Source: Klebsormidium nitens (Eukaryota > Plantae > Klebsormidiophyceae). Taken from it: a stretch of DNA of 48,103 bases. Every line of letters begins with the position of its first letter. Position 1 is the stretch's first letter. Below are positions 23,724-37,411 of this stretch, piece by piece. A model generated the notes under the pieces. The model was not told the origin of the DNA. It searched no databases and saw only the letters and a program-made list of their open reading frames with translations. The translations under genes were made by a program, and so were the position numbers. The stretch spans positions 1 through 48,103 of the forward strand of contig DF237591.1 in the NCBI GenBank assembly GCA_000708835.1, written 5' to 3'.

Positions 23724-26700
23724 TCAAGGTGCGGGACTGGGGTACCGCCTGTGAATTTTATCAATCCCTGACATAACGTCTTCAGATAAGGGAGGCTGCT
23801 CCGTCGCAATGGTGAGCAACTCCTGAAGCTGCTCCGGCGACGTGGCTCCAATCACAGCGCTCGCAACCAGCGGATGGCGCAATACAAATCCTGCAAGGGC
23901 GGGCCTTGTGCCACGTGTCAGCGCGCACCCTCGTCAATTTGATGTCCGCAATATAGTTGAGGATGCAGGAGTCACGTGTCCGTCCAGATTGCGCCATCAA
24001 GCGATTGCGCTGCTTGGTTGGCCAAACACGTTGGCTAGGTAGTTCAAACCGGTATGCTTGATTTACGAGTGAAACGAAGCGTTTGCTAATCGCATTTTCT
24101 GGCTGCCCATGGACCGCTTTGGATACGTTTCCAAAGGTTTATGAAAGAAGCGAAAGTGAAGGTCAAAAGCACCAGATAAGCTGGTGCGGGCTGAAATCCT
24201 GCTCAGGTACGACGGTAAGCAACCAGTCACTCCCAGAAAGAGAAAGTTACTTGCTGCGAAAGGCCGCCTTCCCAACTTGACCCATGGATCGAGCACAAAC
24301 AGGATCATCGACCCTGTTAAGAGTCTCGAAAGACCTGTCCTGCAATCCCAACAGTGGCAGCATGCTGTTGGAGTTCACGTTGAGAGCGGCACCACGATGT
24401 GCGTTGGCCGTGGTATCGAGCCGTGGTTTAAGCTAACCCAAGTCTTGCCCGACCACTCTTGCGAGAGAGTATGGGGGTCTGTGTTCATCGACGAAGGTTT
24501 GACGCAGGCTTTACGCGGAACCATCCGCCCGAAACCCCCAGAAATTCAAAACAATCTCAAGCTGGCACCGAAGGCTTACCACCAATGTCAAACAAAAGCC
24601 TCCGCTTTGGAAGCCGACGGAGTTACGGAACCCCCTCGTACCTTTACCCTTGGAGACCCTTGAATGGAACCAGCTAAAACTGGTGGACAGGGCTGTGCGT
24701 GGCTTAAATGGCCCCAAAACGGCGGCCCCATCAGACCGCTGAGGCTGAGTCTGCGCTCGATAACAGTGCAAACGATTTTGTGTGGTTTCTCTTTCCTCCC
24801 TCAGCTTGACAGGTTAGGTGACACTAGGTGACACTGGGTGACAACTAGGTGACACCTCCAGTCGAAGATGGTGGCAAGCTTAAAAGGAAGGTGCTGAGGA
24901 GCTTTCGCAGTAAGTTCGGTGGTCTCCGTCGACGCCAAAGAAAATGATTGCGAGCGCGAAAAAACGGAAACCCAAACAAGAGAGGCCCGTCAAAAAGGCA
25001 CCCACCGAGCGCCAGGCCGGTCAGCGACAGACCGCTTTGCTCCGCGAGCTTTGCATATGCGCGCACTGCCGCCACCAGGTTCGGCTTTGTGAAGCTGTAC
25101 CGGCTCTCGGCTTCCGCGTACCGACCTGCGATATCCGAATGCGAAGATTGTTTCCGTTGGATTCATGGTCGTTCAGGTTCCTTCTGGCCTCTTAGTCGAA
25201 GAAGTTCGCGATCTCAGAATTAAGAACATCTGTAGATCAGATCGACTCTGGATTGGCCAAGGTGGCGCCTCAACCCAGTGCTCCGCGGACATGCTCATTT
25301 GCTGCGCATCCGGAACCCGACGGGAGGCGTTATATGCGTTTTTCGTCAGAACGCGCACGTGCTTAGGACGAGAAAAGCTTCTACATGCTCAGGATGAGTC
25401 CTTCTCTCAGCTAGGTAATCCCCGTCGCATTCCGAAGTCACTCCCTGCTGATAAGTACATGCCCCGTAGACACGTCAAGAGGACTGCTCAGCGCCACGAA
25501 ACGGATGATTGACTTGAAGCAGCAGCAAGTCAACATCTTTTCCTAGCAGGAACATCTCTAATAGAAAATACGGTCCTGTAGGAGCGGCGCTTCGCCTTCT
25601 TTCGTTGAAGCCATCTTCGAACCGCACCATCGAAAAGCTCGGTTCCGGGCGTAAAACATGTCAGTCAAGGAAATCGGCGAGCGGCGTTTACTCACACCGG
25701 TATTTGTTGAGCCGCGCTCCCGGGGGGCCACCGTCCCCCGTCAGGTACTTCCCCGTCAAGTGACCCATCGCTAGGGGGCTGTACGCGAGAAGGCTGACTC
25801 TGCACGGGCGGGTTCAGAGCTTTCACGGTCTAGGCATTTTCAGAGGCTTAGTGGCAAAGCCCAATGTTGATAGAGGACAGATTTCCACCGTTGGGGACAG
25901 ACACACAACTCAGAGTAGCTTTAGAGGCTTAGTGACAAAGCCCAATGTTGATGGATGACAGATTCCGCGGTTAGGGACAGACACACAACTCGGAGAAGCA
26001 GCCTGAGTTTCAAGCGAGGCTTGTCGGAGTGTCCGGTGGCCTGATGAAGGTCTCCGCAGACTGACGATGCGAGACTTGAGGTTCGAAAGTGGAGTCAAAA
26101 GCGCCAATTCTTGGTCTTCCAAAGTGCACTGAAGCCCGTACGTAAAGAAAAAGCCCGACTGCTCAACAGAGGGTAACGAGTCTTCCTTAACGCCGCTGTT
26201 GGCGGCAGACCTTTGACACCAAATTCAACGAAGCAAGGGCAGTCGACTGGACTTCCGACATAATTGTGCAGTTGCAATCGGACCTACTCACTTCTCCTGA
26301 TGACAGATCTCGGCCACTCCGCTGTCGAACGTCCGACAGAGGAGGTGGTAAGCGTTCTGCACGGAGGGACGACGCACGAACCTCTTGTGACGAGGTGAGC
26401 CGGGCAACTGAAGCATGCAACCTGTCTCGGACGCTTGGAGGCGGAAGAGAAGCTAAAAAACCATTTGATCCAAGAGGTTCGAAGGACTTCACACGCTATC
26501 TTTCATGTTCATCGCCGTCAATGCTCGCTGTGCAAATCTGTCCGACTGGCCACCGAAAGGTGAACGATGCAGTTGCGTATGCATCCTCGGCGATCAACCG
26601 CTTATCGGTAAATACTCAAGTACGCTACTCTTTGTGCGGAGTACGAAGGAGACCGCTGGTCACCCAACGCAAAGCGAACCACCCTTGTGGAATCTATTTC

Positions 26701-29700
26701 GGAGCAATGCTTACGTCAGCAGAAGGAGGAGTTCCCGGGTTGTCGTTTGCGGACTCTGTCTTGAGGGAGGATGGCAGCACCATTTCAATTCTTCGAATTT
26801 TTCATACGAGTTAGAACTCTCTCGTACCGTGTCTTAGGATATGAAAGAAACCGAGTGTCCTCACCTGGATTGCCTGTACTCTAGGGTAGTCTGTGCCGTC
26901 ATCTATCCCGCCCTGTGCGCACTCTAAGAACTTGGCCAGGCCGTACGGCGTCTCGTTGCTCAGGCCAACATGCCGGATCTGCAAAACGCAATCAACAGTA
27001 AGCGCGACATTGCTCATTTTCAAAAGCACGCGGGTCTCTTCGTTTGTTTAGGGACGGGATCCAAATTCTTTGATGATTGAGCCGGAGCTTTACGAGATTC
27101 AATTGGAGGCGTTATGGATGAGCAGCACCTGCCGTTCTTGATTCTACACAGTCTAAGTGCTGCATATTTTTGACCCTCTCTTCTGGCCCGTCTGTTCCAT
27201 GTCTCTTTCCGGAACGGCCTCTGATGAGCTCGCCAATTTACGAAGCCTGATTCTCCCCTTCCCTTTTCCTGAATTTTCCTAGTATGGAACACCGGGAAGC
27301 GTCGAATAAGGATCTGTTCACACGGCATACGCAACTTCGATTCCAATACGACTTCGACCTGACTAAGCAGTTCAGGTAGAATGATATCAGCGTTGCTCAC
27401 AAAGTCACAGATCCGAGCACGCTCAACAGAGGCCTAGAGCGCAGACCTTGCCTGCTTGCTTGGCTTCTGCGAGGGCGGCCAGCTGCTCTTCAAACGTAAC
27501 GGAGGTGAACGCGTTGGAAGGGTCGTAGTCGATGTCTCCAAACATCGGGACGTACCTGCACGGAGCACAGCAGTCAGTGGATCGTTTGACAAAAGTGGAA
27601 CCAACGAACGGTTGCGGAGACGGAATTGTCAAGTCTTGAAGAGCAATCGAAGCTTAAATTCCTGTCGTCATTCCTGCGGACATGGATCTGGACGAAGTGT
27701 GCCGAAAACGGAGGAGCGGGAGCGGACTTAGGCGCTCCGCTCGTGAATGCCCCGTTTCAAACCCCCACTTCTCGTTGATTGATCCTCAGATTCAAAGACT
27801 CACTTCTGTCTTTCCTTTTGGAACCTGGACGACAAGTGGCATGGTCTCACACAAAGGTTGCACAACTTTTTGCCGTATCAGCACAGGTTTCCGATGCTCC
27901 TCTGACTCCAGATGTAGGACGCCGAAAGAGCAGCTTCTAGACATGACGTTAAAAATGTTCTTTGTATTAGAAACAGCCCTTAGCCTCGTCGACATGAATC
28001 AAAAGGTCCTCACTTCGTGAGGGAAGTCATCCAGTGCTCTGTAATGGATGACTCGTTCCGCCGGGAGGTGCGCGAAGTGAAACGAGGGACCCTGACAGTC
28101 CGAGCCAACCTTGCTTACCTGTCAGGCCAGTGTATCTGGTACAAGTCAATGTAGTCCGTCTGCAGCCGCCTCAAACTGGAGAAACGATGAAGGCATGTCA
28201 GCGGTTTAGGCTAAAACTTGACGATCTCCAGGGAGCCAATTCAAACTGAAGGAAAGATGAAGGCGTGTCAGCAAGTTAGGCTAAACCTTGAAGACTTCAG
28301 CTGGAGCCGGACCTCTTCCACGAGACATGCGCAGTACACACACGTTACAAGAGAAGAGCAACAAACTTCTCGCAACATTCTGCATCGTGGATGGCTTGCT
28401 AACTTCTTACTGCCGGAAGGTGCTAATGATGAAGGAAGCAAAGCTGCCAGTCCGAGATCCGGCTCAAGGCAGAGACCCTTTGTGACCTGATAATGATCTC
28501 TCCCGTAAGTCCCTCCGACAAGTGATGACAAAACTTGTCTCCGCCTGAAACCCGTCTATCAGACACCGAAAATTGGAACAGAGAGAACAATCGCTGCGCC
28601 TACCTGTCATCTATTGCCTCTTTTATGTTTCTACGGTCCAGTGTGTGCGGCCCTCCTCTGATCCACGTCATCTGTCCGGACGGCCCTGCTACCTGACAGA
28701 CGACCGGAAATGGATGGTTGCGGCTACCCCTGGGTCAAGCTTCGAAAATGTTAAATTCCAAGAAAGTCTCTGTGTGGCAACGACTAGGCAATCAAGCTTA
28801 ACCGATTCCAATGGCACCTACACGCGGAGTTAAATCTGTTCTGGGCACCTACACGCGGAGTTAGATCTGTTCTGGACAGCGGCGCACAAAACTTGGCATG
28901 GGCGAAGTCCGGCCAAAACCTCAGAAGAAGGACATCAAGCAAGTGCTGAACACAAAACACAAACTCACCTTTGTTGCAACAATGATTTTGTCACGATTGT
29001 GCCGTTCCTTCATCCACTGCCCCACCATCTCTTCACTGCGGCCTTGAGTCTCTGCCTTCTGGGGCACAGGGTACCTGCAGATAGTCATGCCATCCCTTTC
29101 GCAGCCCCTTTTTTGTGAGTCACCCTTTTACCTCTTTCATAGATGATATGACCTCATATGAGTGACTTTGTTTCTTCCCTAGCCAAACAGACTGTTTGAG
29201 GCACTTGCTTGCACGTGACTCATTGTCGACAGTGGGGGGATTGGTTGTATGTCGCCTTTGATCGCTTCGGCCCAATTGGTAGGCTGTATTCGCAAAGGGG
29301 CATCGCAGAGAATACAAGCGCATTGTGGCACCACAAAGTGTACCGGATTCGTACAAGGAGTCTCAGTGCAATCATAACAGGAAAGAGAGACTGCGTGCTT
29401 TCCTGGGCCTGACGCTTGCTGTTTTGACTCCGCCTTTATGAAGGATGTGAACCTTTTATTGAACATTCCAAAGAAAGATCTAGCAGCGCATAAACGACGT
29501 GCACTTTTGCCTGGGGCCTCTTTTCGAAGGTGGTGGTAATGAGCAAGAGCAAATTTGTTCGCATGGGTTGGAGATTCTCGTGGACTTTGCACCTCGACCT
29601 ACCGAATGCCCTTGGGGTACAGGAGGAAGGAAGCTGGAGCACTGAACTTACATTTCAGCAGAGTCTATGAAGTTTACGCCAGCTTCACTTGCCATGTCCA

Positions 29701-30473
29701 ACTGCGCACAGGCCTCCTGATAAGTGTTGCCCTCCCCAAAAGTCATTGTGCCTGAAGAATGTGCGACTAAATTGAGTCATTGCCCCCGACAGAGTGCATT
29801 CGTACAGGGCATCCTATACTTTGTAGGGAAACAATGTCACTTTGTGATGATCCTTGCAGAGGGCTCTGATGATCTGCCAGCTCCAGCTTTTTTTTAAGTC
29901 AGGCGATCGAACGGTGGTGGTGGCACAGGTGCAGGAAAATCCAAATCTTCTCTGAAAATCTACAGGGCGACTTGTGATCACACAATGACACAAGCTGCCT
30001 AAGGCTCGTCATAGCAGGAACGCCATCAATTACTTGACCGCACTTCACTAAGTCAAGCCACTTGTGCTGGCTCGCACTATTTTAATCAGGGCACTTGATA
30101 TTGTTAGCAGGAGTGCATTTCTAACTCAAGTATCAGTGGCAGGAGAACACTCACCTAGACAGATCTTTGAAACGGCCAATTGAGTGTGCCCCAGGTCTGA
30201 GTACGCCATCGCAGAACGTGCTTGGCCAGTCTGAATGCACCACCTTCGCTTTCTTGTGACGTCAACATTCTGTCGAAGCTCTCGGACTGTCTGATGGCTG
30301 CCAAAATTGTTGACTATTCCTTGCTTCCAATCACAATTGCTTGATCTCCACAGGCTTCCTTTGTAAAGTTGGGGTGTTCGCTGGAAAAGCTTTCCACCAG
30401 GGCCCGCTTGGGAGACTGCTTTCGAGGGTCCTGTGGAGCAATGAGGTGCTCTGTAACGATGCACGCTCCCCAT
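23724..30473 (-). CDS. Tas-like aldo-keto reductase (plant/algal type) with an N-terminal extension, possibly a transit peptide
   Basis: Exons 30473?-30155, 29751-29652, 29074-28969, 28692-28604, 28175-28119, 27555-27447, 26978-26865, 26356-26292, 25799-25696, 25125-25006 and 23890-23724 splice in frame. Motifs: [88 protein letters not shown]. Start codon uncertain. Confidence 0.93.
24816..24855. repeat. Intronic minisatellite, AGGTGACACT x4 (imperfect)
   Basis: Read directly in the last AKR intron. Confidence 0.8.
25842..25999. repeat. Intronic tandem duplication, period 81 bp, two copies
   Basis: AGAGGCTTAGTG(G/A)CAAAGCCCAATGTTGAT...GGGACAGACACACAACTC at 25842 and 25923. Confidence 0.85.
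28171..28308. repeat. Tandem duplication, period 70 bp, overlapping an AKR 3' splice site
   Basis: TCAAACTG...GATGAAGGC.TGTCAGC...TTAGGCTAAA.CTTGA.GA at 28171 and 28241. Confidence 0.75.
28813..28874. repeat. Intronic tandem duplication, 2 x 31 bp
   Basis: GGCACCTACACGCGGAGTTA(A/G)ATCTGTTCTG twice. Confidence 0.9.
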
Positions 30474-30849
30474 TGATTGCAACCACGGCCCCCAATTGTG
30501 AATGGCGGGCACAGCGTTGCATTCTTCCCCAGAGACGCCTGCACCTTGCTGCCACGACTTTCTTTCTCAGATTTGCAGCCGGTAAACAATTACCGGCTGC
30601 CACAGTCCCATCGTCCTGGCAGTGATTGGTCCCCGGGACAGGGAGTGAGTACCCGGGTGACAAAGGGGCCTGTTCTGTGAAAAACACGCTAAATCGAGGA
30701 AGTCGAGCTCAGAAACAAATGACCAGCCTGAGCAAATGCGCAGGAAGTTTGCTTCAACTTTCGGTGCTTCAACTTTTCGTTGAAGCACAAGCAAATGCGC
30801 AGGAAGTTGAAGCACTGTGCAGCCTGCAGCTGAGCACACTTCATTCAAC

Positions 30850-32184
30850 ATGGCGGCTAGGGAACCCCACATTGCGCTCCCCCACCTGGGGCCTGAGCTA
30901 CTGAAACGCATTTTCTTCAAGGTGGGCCCCAGCCCCAAGGACGTAGCCACGTTGGCCTTCGTCTGCAAAGCCTGGCGGGACGTTCTGCACGAATTCACAT
31001 GGGAAGCGCTCTGCTTGGAAGCGGCGCCGGCGCTCTGTGAGAAGGCGGGGTTTGGGGGTGGAAAGACGCCCCCTGGAAAGTGGGGCTGGAGGGGGCTATA
31101 TAAGCTTTTGACTTACTGTCCTGGGATCCAGACTCCAGTCCCTGACGATCGGGATGAACTGAAGTCTCCAGAGGATTTGTGCTTGTTTGTGGGGCATGTA
31201 GAGGCTGAGAACCAGCTAGGCTTCTTGGCTGGGCCGAGGTTGAAGAAAGACCTGAGGCTGAAGGCGGCATGCCGGAAGGACACTTTGTTTGTCACCCGGC
31301 CGTGTGACAATCCACACCTTGATAAGACTGACGAGTTCTCAGAAGGCTTTCCTAGTGCTGCGCGGGGTCTGGTCAAGGATTTCCCGAACTCAGCATTTGC
31401 CAGGAAATCGGGCGCGGCCGCCTATCTGAACCAGAAGCTGGGGCAAGCAGAGGGCACTGCATCGGATGTGGGGAATGCGGGAACCAGGAAAGAGAGGCGA
31501 GACGGTGGCATGGGAACAACCTGTGTCTACTGTGACGGGCAGCTGTTTGAGCTCCCGCCTGAAGACTTCTTCGACAACGACTGGCGGAGTGAGAGGGAAG
31601 GGGACGATTACGAAATGGACGAAGATGGTAATGACGACTCCGGGTACAACATTTCAGGGTATGTCTGTGAGAGTGGGCATCTGATCCTGGGGGTCTTTGG
31701 CTGTCTTCACTTCGCTGGGGGCTTTGTTAAGAAGATTGATGGGTCCGGGGAGGATCTAGATATAGACGCAAGCGATGCGGTGAGGACGGTTTGCAAGACT
31801 TTTGAGCCGGTCTTGAAGAAGGAATTTAAAAGGGATGGTATCGAGTTGGTGGCTGCGCTCAACGTGGTGGCAATTGGGGACAGATTGAGGCCGTTGGTTC
31901 AAAAGGTGGAGCGGATGCTTTCAACTGATTTCGGTGCTGAAGTCTACTCCATTGCTGAGCTTCGCACGAAGCTTGCTTTGACCCGCGTGATGACCGATTG
32001 GTTCCAAGATCCTATTGAAAAGGTGTACGTTTTGTTGCGAGAGTTCTCACTGGAGGCATCAGAAACGCTGATGAAGCACCTGGTTTGGGGCACGCCGAGC
32101 TTTGCTGATGTCATGAAGCTTGTTGAGCAAGAGCTGAGGTTGATCGCCCAAAAGCAGAAGAAGAGGCATGGTAGGAAACCATGA
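30850..32184 (+). CDS. EID1-like F-box protein, single exon
   Basis: N-terminal F-box (LGPELLKRIFF..PKDVATLAFVCKAWR), W...C..AP..GW..LYKLLTYCPG, CRKDTLFVTRPC, RGLVKDF, CVYC and YVCESGH match the EID1/EDL layout as I recall it. ORF 30817-32184, first ATG 30850. Confidence 0.78.
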   Translation: MAAREPHIALPHLGPELLKRIFFKVGPSPKDVATLAFVCKAWRDVLHEFTWEALCLEAAPALCEKAGFGGGKTPPGKWGWRGLYKLLTYCPGIQTPVPDDRDELKSPEDLCLFVGHVEAENQLGFLAGPRLKKDLRLKAACRKDTLFVTRPCDNPHLDKTDEFSEGFPSAARGLVKDFPNSAFARKSGAAAYLNQKLGQAEGTASDVGNAGTRKERRDGGMGTTCVYCDGQLFELPPEDFFDNDWRSEREGDDYEMDEDGNDDSGYNISGYVCESGHLILGVFGCLHFAGGFVKKIDGSGEDLDIDASDAVRTVCKTFEPVLKKEFKRDGIELVAALNVVAIGDRLRPLVQKVERMLSTDFGAEVYSIAELRTKLALTRVMTDWFQDPIEKVYVLLREFSLEASETLMKHLVWGTPSFADVMKLVEQELRLIAQKQKKRHGRKP

Positions 32185-33243
32185 AGTTCTGCACTGCTCT
32201 TGTACAAGTAGTCACAAAGAGGTCTTGGCACAGTGCCATGGAGTTCCAATTGGACGATGTTAATGGCAGGGCGTCTCGTAAGTTGATGGCAAACTGTTCT
32301 AGTGGATGGAATGATCCGATGCATGTTGTTTTCAATGGATAAAGAAAGTTCAACTTACAGTGATCCTATTGATGCACTTTTGATCCCATCTGATGATCTC
32401 GAACGCGGGGCGGATGACTTAGGTGCCTGATTTTGCACTTATTTTCTCGTCAATCACAGCTGAGCTCTGGGCGAAGGCTGCAATTGTCATGTGCGTTGAT
32501 TGAAGCCCAGTATCGGATGCATGGTGAATTCCCAAAATTTGTGCAATTGTGATAAGAACGGCGCTTAGTACAGCGTGATTGTGACGTTTACGTTGGCCGG
32601 ATGCCACGCACACATTCTGTGGCTAGGTTACGTATACTTGAAAATTCTCCAGCTGCATATTCACGTTGCCAGTACATGCGCACAAACCAGCGTCTACAGC
32701 GTGCGCACCCTTACTTGGCATGCCAGCAAAGGAAAGGTAGGGCGGCTGTACTGGAATGAGTCTTCCAGGATTTTGAAATGGATACATACATTATGTACAT
32801 TATTGATACAGAACGTTTTTTGACATGATGGGAGTTTTAATTGCGGTGCAAATACTCCAATCAAGATCACTGCCTCTACCAAGAGAGACACGGATGGTGC
32901 ACAATATCATACACGAGTAAGTAATCCGTTGTAAGTCTCAGTTGAAATATGAGCAGTAACCTCGTAACCGAGAATTCAACAGGTCGACCTATCTCGGGCG
33001 GCTTAAGAGCTCATCCGCCTCTACTTCCCCTTGACATACCGCTTTCTTCTGCCGCAACTGCTGCCTGAGGCTGCAGGCTGTGCATCAGAACGCCTTGCAA
33101 GCTCTCCATAGTACCCCTACAGATGTACAACTTGACTGATATACTAATGATACCACGAGCCAAACGAACAAGCTCCGTAACGCTGACTAGCGACTGCATG
33201 AAGCTAGCAGACCTGATACCCGTTGCTCCAATAAACCAGACCC

Positions 33244-36200
33244 TTACTCTGGCTCGATATCGATGATAGTCACTGGTTTGCTGTCCGCTCTTGAATAGTC
33301 TTTACGGGGCTGCCATACGATGCCACCGCATCTCCTGCACGAGAGAGCCGAGCTCCGAGGCCCCGCAAACGGTGTCTTGCAAACAGGGCACTGACCCTGC
33401 AACCAACAGAGTGCCACACGTCAAGGGAGGTACGAACAATTGTAAAAGGTACTTTGCTGTGTATAGCTTGACCAATTTGCAAACGAAGGAGGGTGACCAC
33501 TCACAGAACTGCCATTGATTGCCGCGCAATGCTTTCCATGAAGCGGATCGATTACAAGCAGCCTTGGTCAACGAAGGTTCCTTCAAGGTTCCTTATAACC
33601 TCGGACCAGACAAACTTAGAATCTGGCAAGCCCGAAGGTCAGACACAAGGCCGTTGGCACACTCCCAGGCACTTGAAACGCGGAGGCTTAGATTCAGCAT
33701 CTGATTCGATTGACTGGCACACAATCAATTCACCTTCCGTTAACCGCCGTAACAGCTAAGCTACGTCAAGGCAAGAGCAAACGCCCACTTTCTGACGGAG
33801 TACTATCAATTTCGATAGAACAGCCGTGGCTGCGAGAGAACTACGAAAAACAAGGAGACATCGAACGCCCACTCTTCCGGCGCATCCTTCGAATCTCCTT
33901 GGCTTAAATATAACCCAAACACATGCCCCGATTGGTCCTTCATGAGCAGATTCGCGCGCCGACTCTAGGGAATGAAAGCGATGTGACTTTCTGAACTGGA
34001 CGCACGGAAGCGCTTTCTATTTTCGGGGTCCAACAACCAACGGGACAGAACACTAGATTGAGGGCCCACCTGAACGACGTTACCGCGCAACGATCTGAGA
34101 ATCATGGGGCCTAGGAAGGGGAGCACCCAAAAGCTGACGAAGGTGAGCCAGCTCAGAATGGAGAAGATCCAGCCAGACAGAATCAGGTACGCCACCGCGA
34201 TCCACTGCAGATGTAGAGGAACGTATGCTCAGATAGCACTCAACAATCTCTTAGGTCAGTTTCTTGAATCAAGGTCCGCAGAATCAAACTATCGGATGCC
34301 ATTTGATCGTTGTTGTGCGAGGAACGATGCTCTGAGCATCTGAGTGGCAATTTGAACACAAACAGCTGTACTTTACATGTGCAGTTGTTCGAAAGAAGCA
34401 GCGAGGACAGCTGAAAGCTCTGGCTCCGCGAAAGCGGACGCACAGTGCTGCCGGAGGAGCGTTTCCGCACATGATTGGGAACAGCCGCTGCTGCGGTATG
34501 ACGCCCCTCACCTCCCGTAAAACGCTCAATTGCCTCTACTGCAACAAAATTTCCGCTTCAACCCAACTAAGATGATTCACAAAAGGTCATCAGAGTCGAC
34601 GGATGCACCAACAAACGATGCTGCTTTTGTAAGTGAAGTAGCTCGATGCAAGACCAGAGGTAAAATTGTTTCGCAGCACGAGGCTCACCGATGCTGTTCT
34701 CCCAATTGGCGTCTCCAACCACTCGCTAACTCGCCGCTGGAACTGCAGTATGAATCAACAATCGTACAATTCTTGGTCAAGAATAAACACATTTCGAGGT
34801 TTGGCGCATTATGAGTTTGCCAAAGTCTTGTGGCAGACTTCCGCAGTATCACAAGCGGCCTCGTTACTCTCACATTAGTTGATGTAACTAAGCCCAGATT
34901 GCCAACCAGAGACAGAACAAGGCTGTATTAAAATTGCTGCGGGCAAGACCTTTACACAGTATCGCAGGTCAATATGAACGCAGGAAACAAAGAAAAGAAA
35001 CAATAATTCAAATCTCTGAGCAGACTAGCAAATAGAAAGTGGACGGGCTTTCTCGCGCTCACCGTGGGCCAGTTCCTCTGCGCACTCTCCCAGGCGGTGG
35101 TCGCCTTCTGCCGTACTGAATACTTTTGGTCGACCTCGTCCGCCTTCTCCTGCACCGTCTCCTTGATCTCCTTCACCTTGTCAGTCACCTTGTAATCCCG
35201 GTCGATGCGGCTAGCGGTGCGCCGCAGATCGTCCCCAATCTCTGCAGCCTTGACCTTGCCCTGGCGCCACGCCTCCTGGGCCTTGCCCTGGGGGTCGTTC
35301 TCAATTTCAAACTGGGCATACCGGCTGCAAGTAAGGAAGAACAGGGTTTTAATACAAGCCAAGCTGCAGAAGTAAAAGGTGGGGACGCAGAAAAAACGGC
35401 CGTTGTGGAGCATGAATTGCTCTCGCTGCAAGGACAGTCGATGAAACTCCATGCGTCCTGCGCCAGAATGCAGACTGGCTTGCAGATCAAAGGGCATCGA
35501 GGAAACATCCACGGCAAGTACTTCGACGCTGCGAGTCCTTGGCCAAAGTGCCCCCAATTTAGACGACTTGCGTATCTGAACTGTCACCTCAAAAGCACAA
35601 AATCTGCTTTTGGTGCGTAGTAGTAAGCAGGACAGCGCTCAGGAATGAGACTGCATGACTCCCCAGGTTGATTGGAACTTGCAGCAAAATGAAACACCAG
35701 AGCCGATTCCAAAAGAATTTGGTGCATCTCCAATGGTTGAAGCAACTGAGCCCTTCGGAACCAAGTTCCAACAGACTAGAGAAAGGTCAGGTGCTCTCAC
35801 AAAGACAAAGAAAGCCACCACTGTTTCGAAACCGCGATATAATCTCTAGGGCGATGGTACCATCTATGTTCAAGTAGAGCTGAGAATGCAAAAAGAGCAG
35901 ACATATCAAACAGAAAGTAATTGGATCTACAAGTCTCACACTGCTGTCCATCTGCAATTATCAGATGCAGGTTTTGCCGCTACTGACACAAAGTGACACA
36001 ACTGCTTTTTGAAACTGAAAGTCCCCAACACTGTTTGGCAATTCAGGTTACACCTTACAGTCCGCAAAGGGCGTAAATCAGTTTCAAAAAGTAACGATCG
36101 GCACTACCAATAGAAGAATTGTTAACAATCAACCTGCACAGTGTGAGCTGACCTTGTTGTAAGTAGTACTAGATCAATGAAAAGCAGACGAACCCCAGCA

Positions 36201-36608
36201 ACAGATATGAAATAATCAAAGATCAAGCGAACCCCTCCAGACATACCGCTTTGCCTCTTCCGCGAGATCGGCAGCCTTGGCCTGCGTGTCTTCAGCAAGT
36301 TCTGCTGCTTTCATCTTCGCTGACTCAGCAAACTCTGCCGCCTTCTGCTTCAGATCTTCGGTGAACCTGGTGATAACCTCATCACCACCCTCCCCATTGC
36401 TGCCTTGTGCAGCAGAGCACACTATCCTTGCACGTCTATGTTGCCGTACCTTTTTGAAAGACTGGCGCGATGCCAAAAATGGATGTGGATGCTGAAGAGG
36501 ATGGAAAGGGAGGCTGTTTCGACTTGATGGACCGGCTGCTGAGGTTCGCAAAGCCGCTGTGTTAAAGCTGCCGTGTATCGCAGGGGATGTCAGAGCCTGA
36601 CAAGCCAT
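33244..36608 (-). CDS. Predicted chloroplast protein resembling Arabidopsis At2g44870 (LEA-like repeat, hydrophobic segment, C-terminal CxxC..CxxC)
   Basis: Exons 36608-36247, 35324-35063, 34742-34689, 34204-34070 and 33396-33244 are phase-consistent. Transit-peptide-like N-terminus, RNWPT..WLETPIGR..LSGWIF..WVLPFLGP..GQCPVCK..CRRCGGIVWQP..IIDIE. Confidence 0.8.
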
Positions 36609-37411
36609 CTTCCACAAATACCACTCCCCTCTGATCTGTCTAATCTGAGAAGGTCAAGGGATGGAAAAACTTTCTTTCTGAGCAGAAAGAAAGCTCCCCT
36701 CTGCTGTGTTCCCAAACTTCGAGCGCCAAAGAAGAATTAGCAAAAAGTGACCCGGCACAACAGGGACGCACTATGTTAATCCAACCAGGGTTGATATCAG
36801 CCCTAAGTATCTCTCCAAACGTGCGCCCTCTTGGCGTGTTGACCCCCACGTACGCCCCCTCTATCGCTAGCGCTGTTCAACTTCTGGAGAGAGATGCCGT
36901 GAAAATCTTCCAAATTCTTCGGAAGCTCAGAGTCAGAGTCATGGTCTAGACTCTCCAACTCCGAGTCTCTGGCTACCTGGCTGCTGGCAATCAATTAGGC
37001 CCCAGCTCCTGTCGAAATTTGGGTCCGCTGGTGTTCCATTTGGGTTCGTCACCGAAGTCCCGCGTGGTGCACTCAGAAGCCGTCGATTCGCTATCCGAGG
37101 GCGCTAATGCCGCAGGCTAGGCGTCCTGTAGTAGACTGCTGGACCAGATACTTTGGCGGCCTCTAAACAAGTTCAGGCTTCCTCAGCCTTCAAGTTCAGC
37201 TGGCCGGCTGCACAGTGCACATCACTGCAGCAGAAGAGGAGCGAGCTGACACCAGCCAATGCCAATGGCGGCGGCCGCACAGTTTTGCAGCTAGCATAAT
37301 CTCCGCATAATCGCAGCCTTATGCATGATTATCCAAAAGTGTAACCTCAAGGGCCCGAAGAGAGGCTGCATGGTGGTGTTTCACTAGGCGCTGTCGCTGG
37401 AGCTGTCCCCC

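Noticed and set aside
24184-24663. 159-aa plus-strand ORF within the last AKR intron
   Set aside because: No ATG start, no recognisable domain and no splice support.
28813-28874. 31-bp repeats as a CRISPR array
   Set aside because: Two adjacent copies without spacers, inside a eukaryotic intron, and no cas genes.
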